64,000 bases of DNA, taken from NCBI GenBank assembly GCA_030141605.1, contig JAQGDQ010000771.1:1-64000 (forward strand), read 5' to 3'. Shown here in pieces: positions 35,001 through 48,129 of this stretch. Every line of letters begins with the position of its first letter. Positions within the stretch are counted from its first letter, which is position 1. The position numbers and the translations under genes were made by a program. The notes under the pieces are model-generated. The model did not search any database. It had not been told where the DNA came from and worked only from the letters and a program-made list of their open reading frames with translations. This DNA is from Tubiluchus corallicola. Lineage: Eukaryota > Animalia > Priapulida.

Positions 35001-35423
35001 ATGATGTTCTCTTTAACCACTCAATTGACATAGCTAGGGTATGATGTTCTCTTTAACCACTCAATCGACATAGCTAGGATATGATGTTCTCTTTAGCCAC
35101 TCAATCGACATAGCTAGGATATGATGTTCTCTTTAACCACTCAATCGACATAGCTAGGATATGATGTTCTCTTTAACCACTCAATCGACATAGCTAGGAT
35201 ATGATGTTCTCTTTAACCACTCAATCGACATAGCTAGGATATGATGTTCTCTTTAACCACTCAATCGACATAGCTAGGATATGATGTTCTCTTTAACCAC
35301 TCAATCGACATAGCTAGGATATGATGTTCTCTTTAACCACTCAATCGACATAGCTAGGATATGATGTTCTCTTTAACCACTCAATCGACATAGCTAGGAT
35401 ATGATGTTCTCTTTAACCACTCA
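35001..35423. repeat. 40-bp minisatellite running into the assembly gap
   Basis: Unit atgatgttctctttaaccactcaatcgacatagctaggat. Confidence 0.97.
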
Positions 35424-36123
35424 NNNNNNNNNNNNNNNNNNNNNNNNNNNNNNNNNNNNNNNNNNNNNNNNNNNNNNNNNNNNNNNNNNNNNNNNNNNNN
35501 NNNNNNNNNNNNNNNNNNNNNNNNNNNNNNNNNNNNNNNNNNNNNNNNNNNNNNNNNNNNNNNNNNNNNNNNNNNNNNNNNNNNNNNNNNNNNNNNNNNN
35601 NNNNNNNNNNNNNNNNNNNNNNNNNNNNNNNNNNNNNNNNNNNNNNNNNNNNNNNNNNNNNNNNNNNNNNNNNNNNNNNNNNNNNNNNNNNNNNNNNNNN
35701 NNNNNNNNNNNNNNNNNNNNNNNNNNNNNNNNNNNNNNNNNNNNNNNNNNNNNNNNNNNNNNNNNNNNNNNNNNNNNNNNNNNNNNNNNNNNNNNNNNNN
35801 NNNNNNNNNNNNNNNNNNNNNNNNNNNNNNNNNNNNNNNNNNNNNNNNNNNNNNNNNNNNNNNNNNNNNNNNNNNNNNNNNNNNNNNNNNNNNNNNNNNN
35901 NNNNNNNNNNNNNNNNNNNNNNNNNNNNNNNNNNNNNNNNNNNNNNNNNNNNNNNNNNNNNNNNNNNNNNNNNNNNNNNNNNNNNNNNNNNNNNNNNNNN
36001 NNNNNNNNNNNNNNNNNNNNNNNNNNNNNNNNNNNNNNNNNNNNNNNNNNNNNNNNNNNNNNNNNNNNNNNNNNNNNNNNNNNNNNNNNNNNNNNNNNNN
36101 NNNNNNNNNNNNNNNNNNNNNNN
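35424..36123. other. Assembly gap (700 N)
   Basis: Run of N. Confidence 1.
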
Positions 36124-36685
36124 AAATTTGTTAGGTTTCCCATAAATCTCATACAAAAATACTAAAAATACAAAGTGGGCGGCGAAAGATTTAAAAGATA
36201 TTCTTATCAATAAAGCATGTTTATCATGCTTACCTCATGTATCGAAAATAACCACAATAAACGCAAAAGCGCTATAAAAACACTATTTGCCTTGATCCCA
36301 ATTATGCAAGATTTGATAGTATGACGAATTGACGATTGTACCACTTGTACCCACATCTCATTAAATTCAACTATATATTTCCTTCAACTAGACACTAGAT
36401 AAGGCTTAACACAACCACATATAAATTGTGACTACAATATATCTTAATAAATGCATACGAAACCTATCCAAACCTGCTGGCATTGGTATAATGTTCGCTT
36501 GTCGGCAAATACAAAGACGCGGACAAGATCTAGACGACACTCAAGACCAGTTCACACCACTTGCAGACCCAAATCGCCGCTTCACCTACTTTTTGGTCAA
36601 ATAAAACCAACGTAAAGCACCCCACTGCTACTGGACAGTAAAAACAGCAACTAAATCCTGTAGGAATGCACGAGACGGGAGTAAG

Positions 36686-37116
36686 TACGCTAGTAAACTC
36701 ACACCATAATACACCATAATGCAACTTTGTGAAGTTGATCCAAACAGTATGTTACAACATAATTATTGTTTCACAAAAAACCCTGGATTAAAACTGGGCG
36801 AATCAAACTCATCAAATAAGCGTTCTACAGTGCGATATGGCCGTCTGTGAAGTGAACAAGGGTTGCGATCAGCAGCTTTGGCAGGGTACAGTGGCTTTAC
36901 GCTAGTAAACTCACACAACAATGCACCATATCATGTAACTTTGTGAAGTTGATTCAAACAGTATGTTACAACATAATTATTGTTTCACAAAAAAAAACTC
37001 ACAAAAAAAACCTGGATTAAAACTGGACGAATCAAACTTATCAAATAACCGTTCTACAGTGTGCCATGGCCGTCTGTGAAGTGAACAAGGGTTGCGATCA
37101 GCAGCTTTGGCAGGGT
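36686..37116. repeat. Tandem duplication, ~212-bp unit x2
   Basis: tacgctagtaaactcacac...cagctttggcagggt at 36686 and 36898. Confidence 0.9.
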
Positions 37117-38239
37117 GTATAAATCCCTTCCTGTCCCAAATGCCTCTCACACAAAGAAGTCTTTGAAACTGACGGAGGGGGGAACTCGACTGTTTAGCTT
37201 GCAGACAATTTATCACAGCCGATGTTTAGTAAACACTCCGCCACGTCTAGAAATCTCATATTCTACATTCATGAAACGTTAACTAAAATGTCATCACGAT
37301 AGTAATTATGGACTACCATCCTAGCAGGGATGTTCAGGGGAAAAATCCCATGAAAGGAGAGTTACTGGAGAGGCACTATGCAGCGCCCAACCCACGCCAT
37401 TACAGTCCCGAAGCGATCTAGTAATTATTAACATGACAATGTACAAAGCGGAAACTCCCCAACGGAAAGGGATTTAGCACGTTCTTCTGCATGATGTAAT
37501 ACAGTCTACAACATAGAAGGGTTCAGTGGGATAGTTGAATAAGCGTTTTCCAGGTTTCGTTGTGCGCACGCGCAGTTACTGTAAGTCAAACACTAAGCGT
37601 ACCACAGCAACGCACCGTCACGTGACGTGAGTGTAAAGCAAAGCCGTCTGCGGCATGAGTTCAGTAACGTCAGTTGTTTTACATGGAGTTTACTTAATTA
37701 TGCACTAGCTTGTGTGTACAGTGATTTCCTAGCAAGATCTTGCTTGGAACAACAAAAAATGAACTAGGTAAAGTTCTAGCAAGCTGTTAAAACACATTAA
37801 AACTGTTACTATATCAATAGCATGGGCTGCAAGGCGTTGTCAAGTGTAGGCAAATGCGTTACCTGGTACACTTAACCTTTGACCTTTTCGAGAACATCAT
37901 CAATCGCTGGAAATGTGAAAAGTCTTATTATATAAGTATTTTAACTCAGAGTTACTACTCTTAGAGCTCCTTCCATGTATGAAATAAAGACTTGATACCC
38001 ATAGCAAACTTCACGTGAATGAAATGTCAATACAAAAACACATAAAATTCAATTTTGAAATACGAAAATAGCAACTGTGATGCAGATGACTGTGGGACGT
38101 GCTTATTATTATGCAGCATACGTAACACAATTGTCCTCATAATAACTACTAATGGCAAACCCCGACTTCATTAAGCTCGTCATTAACTGAACAGTAAATA
38201 GATTTGCCAATCTGCTCTGCGGCTCAAGAATCTCATATA

Positions 38240-38565
38240 ACCAACTCTAATAATACAGCCAATGTTGCTGGCTTAGAAAGATTACGAAATCACAAACTTT
38301 ATTTGAAACTTGTCGCCGCCATGAGAGGCAGAGGAGCGATCTCTACTAGCCACTCAGTGTGCAAACAAAGAAATCACGCCAAAGTAAAATAAACATGATA
38401 CTGATGCTCAACTAACTCTAATAACAGCCAATGTTGATGGCTTAGAAAGATTACAAAATCACAAATTTTACTTAGAACTTGTCCCCTTCATGAGAGGCAG
38501 AGAAGCGACCTCTATTGGCCGCTCAGTGTGCAAACAAAGAAATCACGCCAAAGTAAAATAAACAC
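38240..38565. repeat. Tandem duplication, ~170-bp unit x2
   Basis: aactctaata...aaatcacgccaaagtaaaataaaca repeated. Confidence 0.9.
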
Positions 38566-39129
38566 GCAAGTGACTTTAAAAAACAAACTTTCTATTGTGT
38601 TCAGTCAGAGTCAGACAAATAGAAAGAATCGATAACAAGAATAGATGTACAGTTAGCAGAGATCTAGTAGCACTCACACAGACAATTTCGCAGAAGGGAT
38701 TTTCAATCTGTATGATAACACATAAAACTAGTCGTTGAGCTTGAATAACGATGCACTGGCAACAAGAAAATGATTATACTCTAAAATCAATAGTTTTCTT
38801 AGCGTTCAGTGCCCAGCAAAGATGTGCTGTTGGTTTTTCTATATACAGGTAGAAAAAATATTCTCGTCAATATTAACTCGTCAATATTCGGCATGCCAAA
38901 TAATAAATAATGATCAACTCATTAAACCAATTCTCAGGAATGTAATGTAATGTAAAATTTATTTATATAACGCACTACATCATTTAAAATGTATACGTAT
39001 TCAGCGTGTCTAGTTTTCATTCGTAAGTTTTCCACTGTATCGGAAAGCTTTGTTGATTTTATTTTTGTCGAAGTTTTTCCTAGATTTTCCCCTTTCGTTT
39101 GTGATTGTCAGTTTTTTGTTAATAATAAT

Positions 39130-39635
39130 GTAAAGTAAAATTTATTTAAACAGCGCACCACATCATTCTCAGCATATTGTACAATAAAATACATTTGAAA
39201 TTCATAAGAAACAGAAAATTTAAAAGATACAGTATTAAAAATTTCGTCATAAAAGTACAATTTAAACAAATGCGTTTAAGATGTTGCTTGAAACAATCTA
39301 ATCAATTTGTAGAACGTTTAGCAACAGGTAAGTTATTCCAGAGAAGCAGAGCAGAGACAGAAAAAACTTTTCACCATAGAATACTGTATTAAGAATTAGC
39401 TGATGTAAATTAATTTATTCGTTAGCATTAGAACGAAGTGTTTATAGGCCATGTTACGACATATTAAAAGATCCCTAAGATATGCAGGTGCCTAACCACG
39501 CAGTTTTTGTACGTGATACAAAGAATTTTAAATTGAATTCGGAACTTTATCGGGAGCCGATGCAACTCTTATAGAATGGGTGTAATATGATCATATTTTC
39601 TAGTTTTCGTGATAAGACGCGCAGCAGTGTGCCAT
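39130..39635 (-). mobile_element. Degenerate L2-clade LINE 3' fragment
   Basis: AARLITKTRKYDHITPIL*ELHRLPIKFRIQFKILCI, LLWNNLP, FKQHLK, then an AATAAA/(TTACA)-like tail. Confidence 0.8.
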
Positions 39636-40714
39636 ACGTGAACTAAATACAAATGAGAATTACCACTGTAGAACTTTTTCGACCGCAAATGACAATAAAA
39701 TTGTTTAATTAGCAGCACAAAAGCATTAAATCAGATTTTATTTCCTGACAATGGAACGGGTATTATTGTTACATCCTATTTAACGAATTCCTTTGAGTAT
39801 ACAATAGCAAAGGTTAATTACAAACGAAAACACTCGGTCCGCTTTGTAACACCAAACTTAAAGCAAAACAATCGGTCATTCATAAAGCAGAATTATGCAA
39901 CCTAAGAACCCGTTTTGTTCACAGCAAATAAGGGAGTCTTCCGATACTCATTTAAAGCAATTTATTACAAAATCAGAAACTTACACAAGAGCAAATATAC
40001 TTTGGACACAACGAAACGCCAAATTAGCACACTAAACTAAAATGTGAAAATAAAAAAATAGTTGAAAACTGATTGATTATAATTTGACAGATATAAAAAA
40101 ATGCTTTCATTGGCGTGCTGTGAATTTTATACGTTTTTAGACAACCAGCGTAAAAAATTTCGTTAATCACAAGTATCACTAATAAGTCTGATTTCTTTTT
40201 TCGAATCACAAGCCAGACGGAAGCTCAAATACCACTGATTGTTTGCCAAAGTATTTAGGTAAATTCCCGAGGGTCATTGGCTGAACATCACTGCAAACTT
40301 TCTGACTGTAGGAGTGTGTAGAAGTATGTCCAGTACAGTGTGGGAGCCTCTACTGCCACGAAAAAGTCCCATTTGTCATTTGAGTCGCGTAGTTGTCAAG
40401 CTATTCCAGTGTACATAAAGGGGCTGCCATGTGCATTTGTTGAGTGCTTTTTGATTGGCTCTTTAAAAGAGAAACCTAGTGGGTCTTTAAACGGCTTATG
40501 AATTCAGCATCGTCCGAGACGCTAACAAAAAAACTGTCAGAATTACAATTATTATAGAATACCATAAGCTATACATTAAATTATCAAGTTGCACGCATTA
40601 AGTATACACATTTTACTATATGTAAAACTACAATATTTTTTAGCAAACCATTAGTATTGTAATACTGCTTTAGAAACATATTTCGCAACATGTCGAAATT
40701 AAAGTACAGGAGCT

Positions 40715-41076
40715 TGTTTTTGTTGTTGTTGTCAATGGTGGTTGTGTTGTTGTTATCAATGGTGGTGGTGTGGTTGTTGTCGTTGTTGTCAATGGTGGTG
40801 GTGGTGGTGGTGTGGTTGTTGTTGTTGTTGTCAATGGTGGTGGTGTTGTTGCCAATGGTATTGGTGGTGGTGGTGTTGTTGTCAATGGTGGTGGTGTTGT
40901 TGTTGTCAATGGTGGTGGTGTGGTGTTGTTGTCAATGGTGGTGGTGTGGTGTTTTTGTCAATGGTGGTGGTGTTGTTGTTGTCAATGGTGGTGGTGGTGC
41001 TGTTGTTGTCAATGGTGGTGGTGGTGTTGCTGCTGCTGCTGCTACTACTACTACTATTGTTGTTGCTGCTGTTGTT
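40715..41076. repeat. Compound (GGT/GTT) trinucleotide repeat with GTCAAT spacers
   Basis: Direct inspection. Confidence 0.95.
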
Positions 41077-43295
41077 AAACATGCTAACAAATACTGAAAG
41101 TGGCAACGGAGGCGGTGCTTGCTGCCGGTAGTGAATATACTTCATACTACGATGCCATTCAAGATTCGGATTGGAATCTTTCCATCAGATTGCACACCAG
41201 TAATTATTTTATTAATTAACCAGAATCATATTGATATTACATGCATTCTTGGACCTATGCCAGCAACCACTGAGCAGCGTTCTGCAAAACTTAAAATTTG
41301 ATTGTGTTCAAAGACCAGCACCGCCTGTGATGTGAGACAGTAACCGATACGTGCAACCTGCAATCAAAGGATCCCTTGTTTGACAAGTAGAAAATCACAT
41401 GTTAGTTGAGCAAATTTTTCAAACAAGTTTCATTGTACTCAGCCGGGGTAGCAACCCAGAACGTGTCAAAAACGCTCGTACGGGGAGTCAAAAACCAAAT
41501 CTTCACAACAGTGTGAAGAGTGCTAACCAGAACTAAGTTGAAACAGCCCTACCCCCCCCCCCCCCAAAAAAAAATTCCAAAGGCGCCGAGACAAAAGGCA
41601 GTCTAGCATGATGTGATACAACATTATAAAGAAAGAAGATTTTCGATATTGCCTGTTTCAAATGTTCAGCTACTTTTATCGAACATTGTCTTGCCGTTCC
41701 GCTTACATCATACATGTACTTTCTTAAATATTCATTTCGATGTAAGAGCAAAAAAAATTCAAGAAAACAATCCTCACCTATTATTTGATGTATTTTGGCA
41801 ATAATAAATCAAGGTAATTTAGTCATGCAGGTAAAAAAGTCACAGGTAAAAAAAATCACAGAAAAAATAGATAACCCTAACCCTAAGTTATTAAACAAAC
41901 GTGATTTTTTTCCCACATTCATGTATATGCAATGCCACCATATATAAATAGCGTGTCAATATGTACAAGTCATGTGTTGCCAGTTAATAATTGATCCAGG
42001 GATGAGAATGACAAATTGCAAAAAACTCTGAAACAGGCCGAGGCGTTGGGGGGTTTGTTGCTGAGCCAGCAACAAATTGCAATTTTGTGACCATAAAATA
42101 TCAGTTACCTTGTTTCGTGCATAATTTAAAATACCCAACTGTCAAGGATACATGATACCTAATTGTCTCAAAAATGCCTAAGTACTGGCCGCTCCTATGC
42201 AAAAGTATATAAAAACTGTCTGCAATTGATTCAAATAACTCAGCACAATTGATTCTATATTTTTATACATAGAGATATACACGTGGTTACACAGATGTAC
42301 GTGATGTAAACAAAGTGACGGCCTGCCAACTAGCGGTCAACTTGTGAAATAATGTACTGTGTCCGTAAAATTTTCTCAACGAATTTACGCGATTTACAAA
42401 AATGGCACTACTGGTCTTTCAAAAACTCGGAATTCCGCGTATCCGCGGAAAATTCTCATCCCTGCTGATCTAAGATGTTTCCTGTTTTATTACCTTAATT
42501 GTTTACAGTACTTAAATAAATTATGACTGACTTGAACATGATTGTTTGATTACCGGACTTTCCTGCCTACCCATAATTGTGACGTTTTCCTGTGAATTTC
42601 TGGGTGACTTGTTTTCCTGTCACTACTACCGGTCACCGGTACGAAAAACCTACCTTAGCAACGTAGTTTTTAATTACTAAACTAACGCAGCACATGTTAG
42701 AAAACTACAATATCAAAAAAAGTAAAGCAAGTTATCAGATCATCCTCGCTTTTTACAGAATTTTAAAAATATCAATTTCAAAAGCATTTATAAATTGTAA
42801 ATACGGTGGTTAAGGAACACATTAATAGCTAAAGTGAACTTAATTTTCATTTTTGACAGCTTACAAGAACAAGACGCTGAATATATTCGTGACAACGCAT
42901 AAGAATTTCTGGTCCAAAACCTGTCTGGGCAACGTATCTAGTTTCATGAGTACAAACCATATGGAATTTACGGAGTAAACATTAGTGTTTGCAAACTGGT
43001 TCCCTTAGTTACAAAGATGAAAAGTCAATGTTCATACACATCATCTGTCACGCATAATTTCATGAATTTATACAGTCTATAGCCATATTACACAAAATAA
43101 TTGAAAGATGTTATAAAATACCTTTAGCTTTTTGTACATTAAAAGCGGAGGTTACTGGTTATTAGGTCGTGCGCGTAAACCTTTTACAAACAGAGCTATA
43201 TTCCTTTTAAAATTATATGTATACACTAGTCCAGAATGCGAAGCATTCAATTACTTGCTTACTGAGTTTTTTCTGCCCACCTGCTTGGATATGTC

Positions 43296-43297
<2 letters not shown>

Positions 43298-43340
<43 letters not shown>

Positions 43341-45822
43341 TTCTTTATTTGTCATAAAAACGGTTCCCTCATTATAATAAAATTGAGTTAGCCTCAGCGT
43401 AATGTTAAAATAACAACACTGTTCAAGACAAATGCGTCCAGTGCATACTAAAAAACTAAAGTGCAAACTATATACAATATAATGAACATATTTACAAATA
43501 CCATATTAAAATATTTTTACAAACAATTATAGGAAAGTACATTAAATTTTACATTACATAGTGCACACTATTTATACATTTAACATAACGAAACACGAAA
43601 CTAACATAACACGTATTACATTACATAATTTTTTTTAAAAAATTTCATTTTTAATCATTATATGGAGTCAGGGGCGGGGGTAGATGAAAGTGGAGTCCGT
43701 GTAATTAGTATCAGATGCACAATGTGGAAGTTGAAACCTGTTATATTGATATTCTTTTAATTTCTTTTTAAAGTGGTGGAGAGATTCTATTTGTTTTATT
43801 TCACTGGGTAGTAAGTTCCATAAATGTATGGCCTGTTTTGATATAGAGTTATTTCCAAATTTATTGTTTACTGTAATTTGCTTTAAATTGTATGGTCTAG
43901 TGTTCAATGTGGTATCAGGAATAAATGCTAAGGGATTGTTTATAAATGGAATGCTCAGTTTATTTATATATTTATAAAGAAATATCAGTGTTTTGTAATC
44001 TCGATAGGCTTCTAGTATTGGTATTTTTGTGGACGTTCTTAAGCTTGTTGCAGAAGCAGCATGTTGTTTAGCAGTTTTGTTAGAGTAGCCATGAATTAAT
44101 CTAAGTGCGTAGTTTTGCATTGTATTTAGTTTTCTAAAGTTTTCATATTTAACGTTTTGAAGTAAAGTGCAACCATATAGATAATGTGGTAATATTAGAC
44201 TTTTGTAGATGAGAATTTTTTTTTTCTTGGTTAGATGGCCTCTGGTTTGGCGTAAGAATGTCGTGCTTAATGCCATCTTGTTGTGTATTTGATGAAACTG
44301 TTCATCCCAAGTGAGTTTATTGTCGACAGTAATGCGTAAAAATTTTACAGTTTTTGCTTGTTCTATGGAACAGTCACCTACTTTTAGTGTTGCATTAGAA
44401 GTAATGTCATTGGATTTGGGTGATATTACCATAAATTCTGTCTTATCATCATTCATTTTTAAACCAAAATAGTTAAATGCTGCATTTATATTTGTTATGT
44501 CTTTTTCTAGATTATTTTTTGATGTTAGAAAGTCTGCGTGTGCTGTATAGAGTGTTGTATCATCGGCATATTGTGTTAAGTCTGAATTATGTAAAACTAA
44601 ATGAATTTTATTAACGTATAAACAAAAGAGTAATGGACCTAATATCGTACCTTGTGGGATGCCTCTCTGTGGTGTGTCCCATGTTGAAAAAGTGTGTTTG
44701 TTCAGTTTGACTCTTTGTTTTCTAATGTGTAGGTAATTATTAATTACTTTGAGAGAAGTATAATCGAATCCTAATTGGCGTAAGTTGTCTAGTAGTAAAT
44801 TGTGATCGAGGCTGTCAAAAGCTTTACTTAGATCTAAAAATGCTGCTGTTATATATTTATTTTTATTTAAGTTGTAACGCCACTTTTCAGTGGCATCAAT
44901 TATCGCGTCTATTGTAGAATGTAGTTTTCTAAAACCAAATTGATGATTTGACAGTAACTTATTATTTTCAATGTAATGGTTTATTTGGTTGTAGATAACT
45001 CTTTCAAATACTTTGGCTAGTACGTGCACTACTGAGATTGGTCTGTAGTTTTTAGCATCATCTTTAGCATCTTTCTTGTGTATTGGAGTTATGTTTGCTT
45101 GTTTACACACTGCTGGAAATTCTGAGCGCATTAAGACTTGGTTTGTGATATATGTTAGATGAGGAGTAATGATGCTGGCACAGTCTTTTAAGATCTTTAT
45201 TGGCATGTCTGAGGGTCCACTTCCTTTATTTATATTTAAACTGTTTAATATTCTAAAGATGTCGTATTCTGTGACGCTAGTAAATGAGAAAGTGGATTGT
45301 ATTACTGATTGGTTTTTGTATATATTGTGTATATTTGCATTATGTTGGTGTGGCAAGTTGTCAAATTTTCCGAGATTGATAAATGTGGAATTTAATTTGT
45401 TAGCAATGTCAACTGGATCAGATATTATACTGTCATTTTCTCGTAAACTATTTATTTGTAATTGATCGTTTCTGTATCTGTTAAGTACGTCATTAATTAA
45501 ACGCCATTTTTGTTTAGGTGTAGTTGCATCATTGCATTTATTAATATAATATTTATTTTTGAGTTTCCTGTTGTAGCTATTAAATTTATTTCGTGCCTTT
45601 TTGTAATTATTGTAATTGCTTTTACCTTTTAAATGTAAATATGTTCTATATAATTCATTTTTATTGTGTCTTAGTTTTGCGAGTTCTGTATCCGCCCAAG
45701 GGCAGGCAGATTTTGCATTAAATTGCTGCTGATGTATTTTAATTTTTTTATACGGTGCATAGATATCCAGGCAGTATTCCATATTATTTATTAATGTGTT
45801 TATTTGCATGTCAATGTCAGTC
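43298..45822 (-). mobile_element. 5'-truncated CR1/L2-group LINE with 3' UTR, AATAAA and (TA)n tail
   Basis: RT ORF; AATAAA at ~43344-43349 (minus) next to (TA)n; endonuclease domain missing. Confidence 0.9.
43668..45809 (-). CDS. LINE ORF2 fragment, reverse transcriptase domain (713 aa open)
   Basis: NYRPIS, QFGFRK, FLDLSKAFDSL, GIPQGTILGPLLF, YADDT, LWNLLP. Confidence 0.93.
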   Translation of the reverse strand: MQINTLINNMEYCLDIYAPYKKIKIHQQQFNAKSACPWADTELAKLRHNKNELYRTYLHLKGKSNYNNYKKARNKFNSYNRKLKNKYYINKCNDATTPKQKWRLINDVLNRYRNDQLQINSLRENDSIISDPVDIANKLNSTFINLGKFDNLPHQHNANIHNIYKNQSVIQSTFSFTSVTEYDIFRILNSLNINKGSGPSDMPIKILKDCASIITPHLTYITNQVLMRSEFPAVCKQANITPIHKKDAKDDAKNYRPISVVHVLAKVFERVIYNQINHYIENNKLLSNHQFGFRKLHSTIDAIIDATEKWRYNLNKNKYITAAFLDLSKAFDSLDHNLLLDNLRQLGFDYTSLKVINNYLHIRKQRVKLNKHTFSTWDTPQRGIPQGTILGPLLFCLYVNKIHLVLHNSDLTQYADDTTLYTAHADFLTSKNNLEKDITNINAAFNYFGLKMNDDKTEFMVISPKSNDITSNATLKVGDCSIEQAKTVKFLRITVDNKLTWDEQFHQIHNKMALSTTFLRQTRGHLTKKKKILIYKSLILPHYLYGCTLLQNVKYENFRKLNTMQNYALRLIHGYSNKTAKQHAASATSLRTSTKIPILEAYRDYKTLIFLYKYINKLSIPFINNPLAFIPDTTLNTRPYNLKQITVNNKFGNNSISKQAIHLWNLLPSEIKQIESLHHFKKKLKEYQYNRFQLPHCASDTNYTDSTFIYPRP

Positions 45823-46722
45823 GTTTGCCGTTTGCAAACACCGTTTGCAATTTAAAACACCGTTTGCCGTTTCCACGTAAGGTTGGAAATCTTACGTGAC
45901 GTCACAACATGAAAATTGTTTAAAAACTTATTACATGAATGAGACAAGCATCACGGCTAAATAGATATCTTTATAGAGTTACTTCCTGAGTGAGTTTCAC
46001 TGATTACCAAAATAGTACGCGTTCTACACAGATGCAGGTGTGTGTGTATACGTTGATAACATTGCATAACAGTACGTACATGTATAACTCTTATCTTACG
46101 AAACGAAGTCATAAATTCTGATAGAAAATGTCCTAAAATCATTCAGGCGAAAACATATGAATTTAAATTATGTTAATTAAAATTTTACGGGCACTTCGTG
46201 TCGCATAAATAACAGTTCGTTTAACAAGTTAGGCAATTCGAACAAGCCACAGATGAGAGCTCTGTAAATCTTGTGTTGGTACGGAAGGAAATTTCACAAC
46301 GGGGGGGGGGTGAAAAACACAAGTTTAAGGTTAATGTTTTTTTTACTTGACAAAAGTGCGGATACGTTCAAATATCCTCTTAAATTTTCAGAAATTCAAA
46401 AAAAATAATGACGATGTTCTATTTTTTTCTTCTGATAAACATATCTGTAAACATTGTCTGTACACTGGTGAACAGTGCAAAACAATTTACGAGGATTTAC
46501 TAAACCAAATTTGATTGCAGAAAGCCAGAAACTATTATTAACTCAAAAAGCTACGAACAAAACATTTGCCGTACCACAAATGCTTTAATGGCAGCCGGTA
46601 CAAAGGTGGTGCAGAATGTTAGCGATTTTTGAAATCCAAACCTTGAATGATTATAAAACAAATTATCTGCCCTGGAAATAACTCACTCTTTGCCTTGAAA
46701 ATGCTCAGTTGGTTTGCCCTGC

Positions 46723-47210
46723 AAAGGCTACCACCCCCACCCCCCGGCAGACCCCTGCGATCTCGTACGCGTATGCAACCCTACCACCTCCGAATGTAGA
46801 AATATGAAACAATAGGCTACCCACAATTATTAGTTTGGTAAACATGAATTCAATATGCCAGGCACAGCTCGCTGTAAGTTTACCAAAGGCTACCATCCCC
46901 ACCCCACAGACCCCTCCGATCTCGTACGCGTATGCAACCCTACCACCTCCGAATGTAGAAATATGAAACAATAGGCTACCCACAATTATTAGTTTGGTAA
47001 ACATGAATTCAATATGCCAGGCACAGCTCGCTGTAAGTTTGTCAAAGGCTACCATCCCCACCCCACAGACGCCCTCCGATCTCGTACGCGTATGCAACCC
47101 TACCACCTCCGAATGTAGAAATATGAAACAATAGGCTACCCACAATTATTAGTTTGGTAAACATGAATTCAATATGCCAGGCACAGCTCGCTGTAAGTTT
47201 ACCAAAGGCT
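46723..47210. repeat. 159/160-bp tandem repeat x3
   Basis: cgatctcgtacgcgtatgcaacc at 46758, 46917 and 47077. Confidence 0.95.
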
Positions 47211-48129
47211 TTATTGGCTCTGCAACATTTGAGCTTCAAGCAAGAGATACTCTCCATAATAATAGCATGATGACTCAGTCAGTAATCAATACTGAGCACA
47301 CAAGAGAAACCTTTGCACTCATAGTATCCAGTCTATTCTGTCTACCCTTTTCTACATTTCACATCAGTTTAACGCATACATGTCATTTAAACAAAATTAA
47401 TTTTTGTATGAATTTTAAACTAATTAATTAATATGCAATTAAAAACTATAAATTACGTTTTTGCAGTATTTCGATTCACAACACGTTTTTAAAAATACTT
47501 TGTTGAAATAGATGATTAAAAACAGTTACAAGAACATAATATGAAGAAAATACAGCATCTACTTATCCGAGAATTTTGAATGTATTTACCTATATTATGA
47601 TACATTCAGTATTAGTTCTTATACAGGATTTTGAGATAAGTTTTTAGGTACTACTCACAAAAATTTGAAGTCAATCATTTGTCTAATTTTCGAGCCAGTA
47701 GTTTTCAAAATTAATTTTAAAAGTTAATGTTTATTTTTATAAGATTTAAGAAAATTATTTTATAATTTCAATTTTATTTTTTGAGCTTTCGGAGTCATAA
47801 AACATCGACAGGATAATGAAAGTCACGCATGAAATTGTACAAGTGACTGTAGTGCATAACACGCGTTACATAATTACACGTACATGGCTGCACTATTGCA
47901 GGTGTGAGGTCAAGTAACAAGACACTTTTTGCCACAATACCTGAATGTATTCGTGCGAAATAAACTTGAATTGAACTTCACAAAACTTTTCAAATTCGTA
48001 GAAATACCATTGATATATGATATCACTAATACATAAAATATACTAAATATTTACCAGTACTGATTAAAGTTTCTTGATTCTGTGCGTTCTCTACGACAAA
48101 GATACAATTTGTTCTACATAAAAAACACT

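Noticed and set aside
34618-35031. 137-aa minus-strand ORF
   Set aside because: No recognisable motif or splice context; it starts inside the 40-bp repeat.
35401-36210. Long ORFs of X
   Set aside because: They span the N gap.
40670-41145. Cys/Trp-, Gly/Val- or Thr/Pro-rich ORFs
   Set aside because: Trinucleotide repeat with no splice or homology support.
41825-42640. Telomere-like TAACCCTAACCCTAA with (GTGACTTTTTTCCT)-like subrepeats, also at 59065-59125
   Set aside because: Only two telomeric units; probably fragments of a dispersed repeat whose ends I cannot define.
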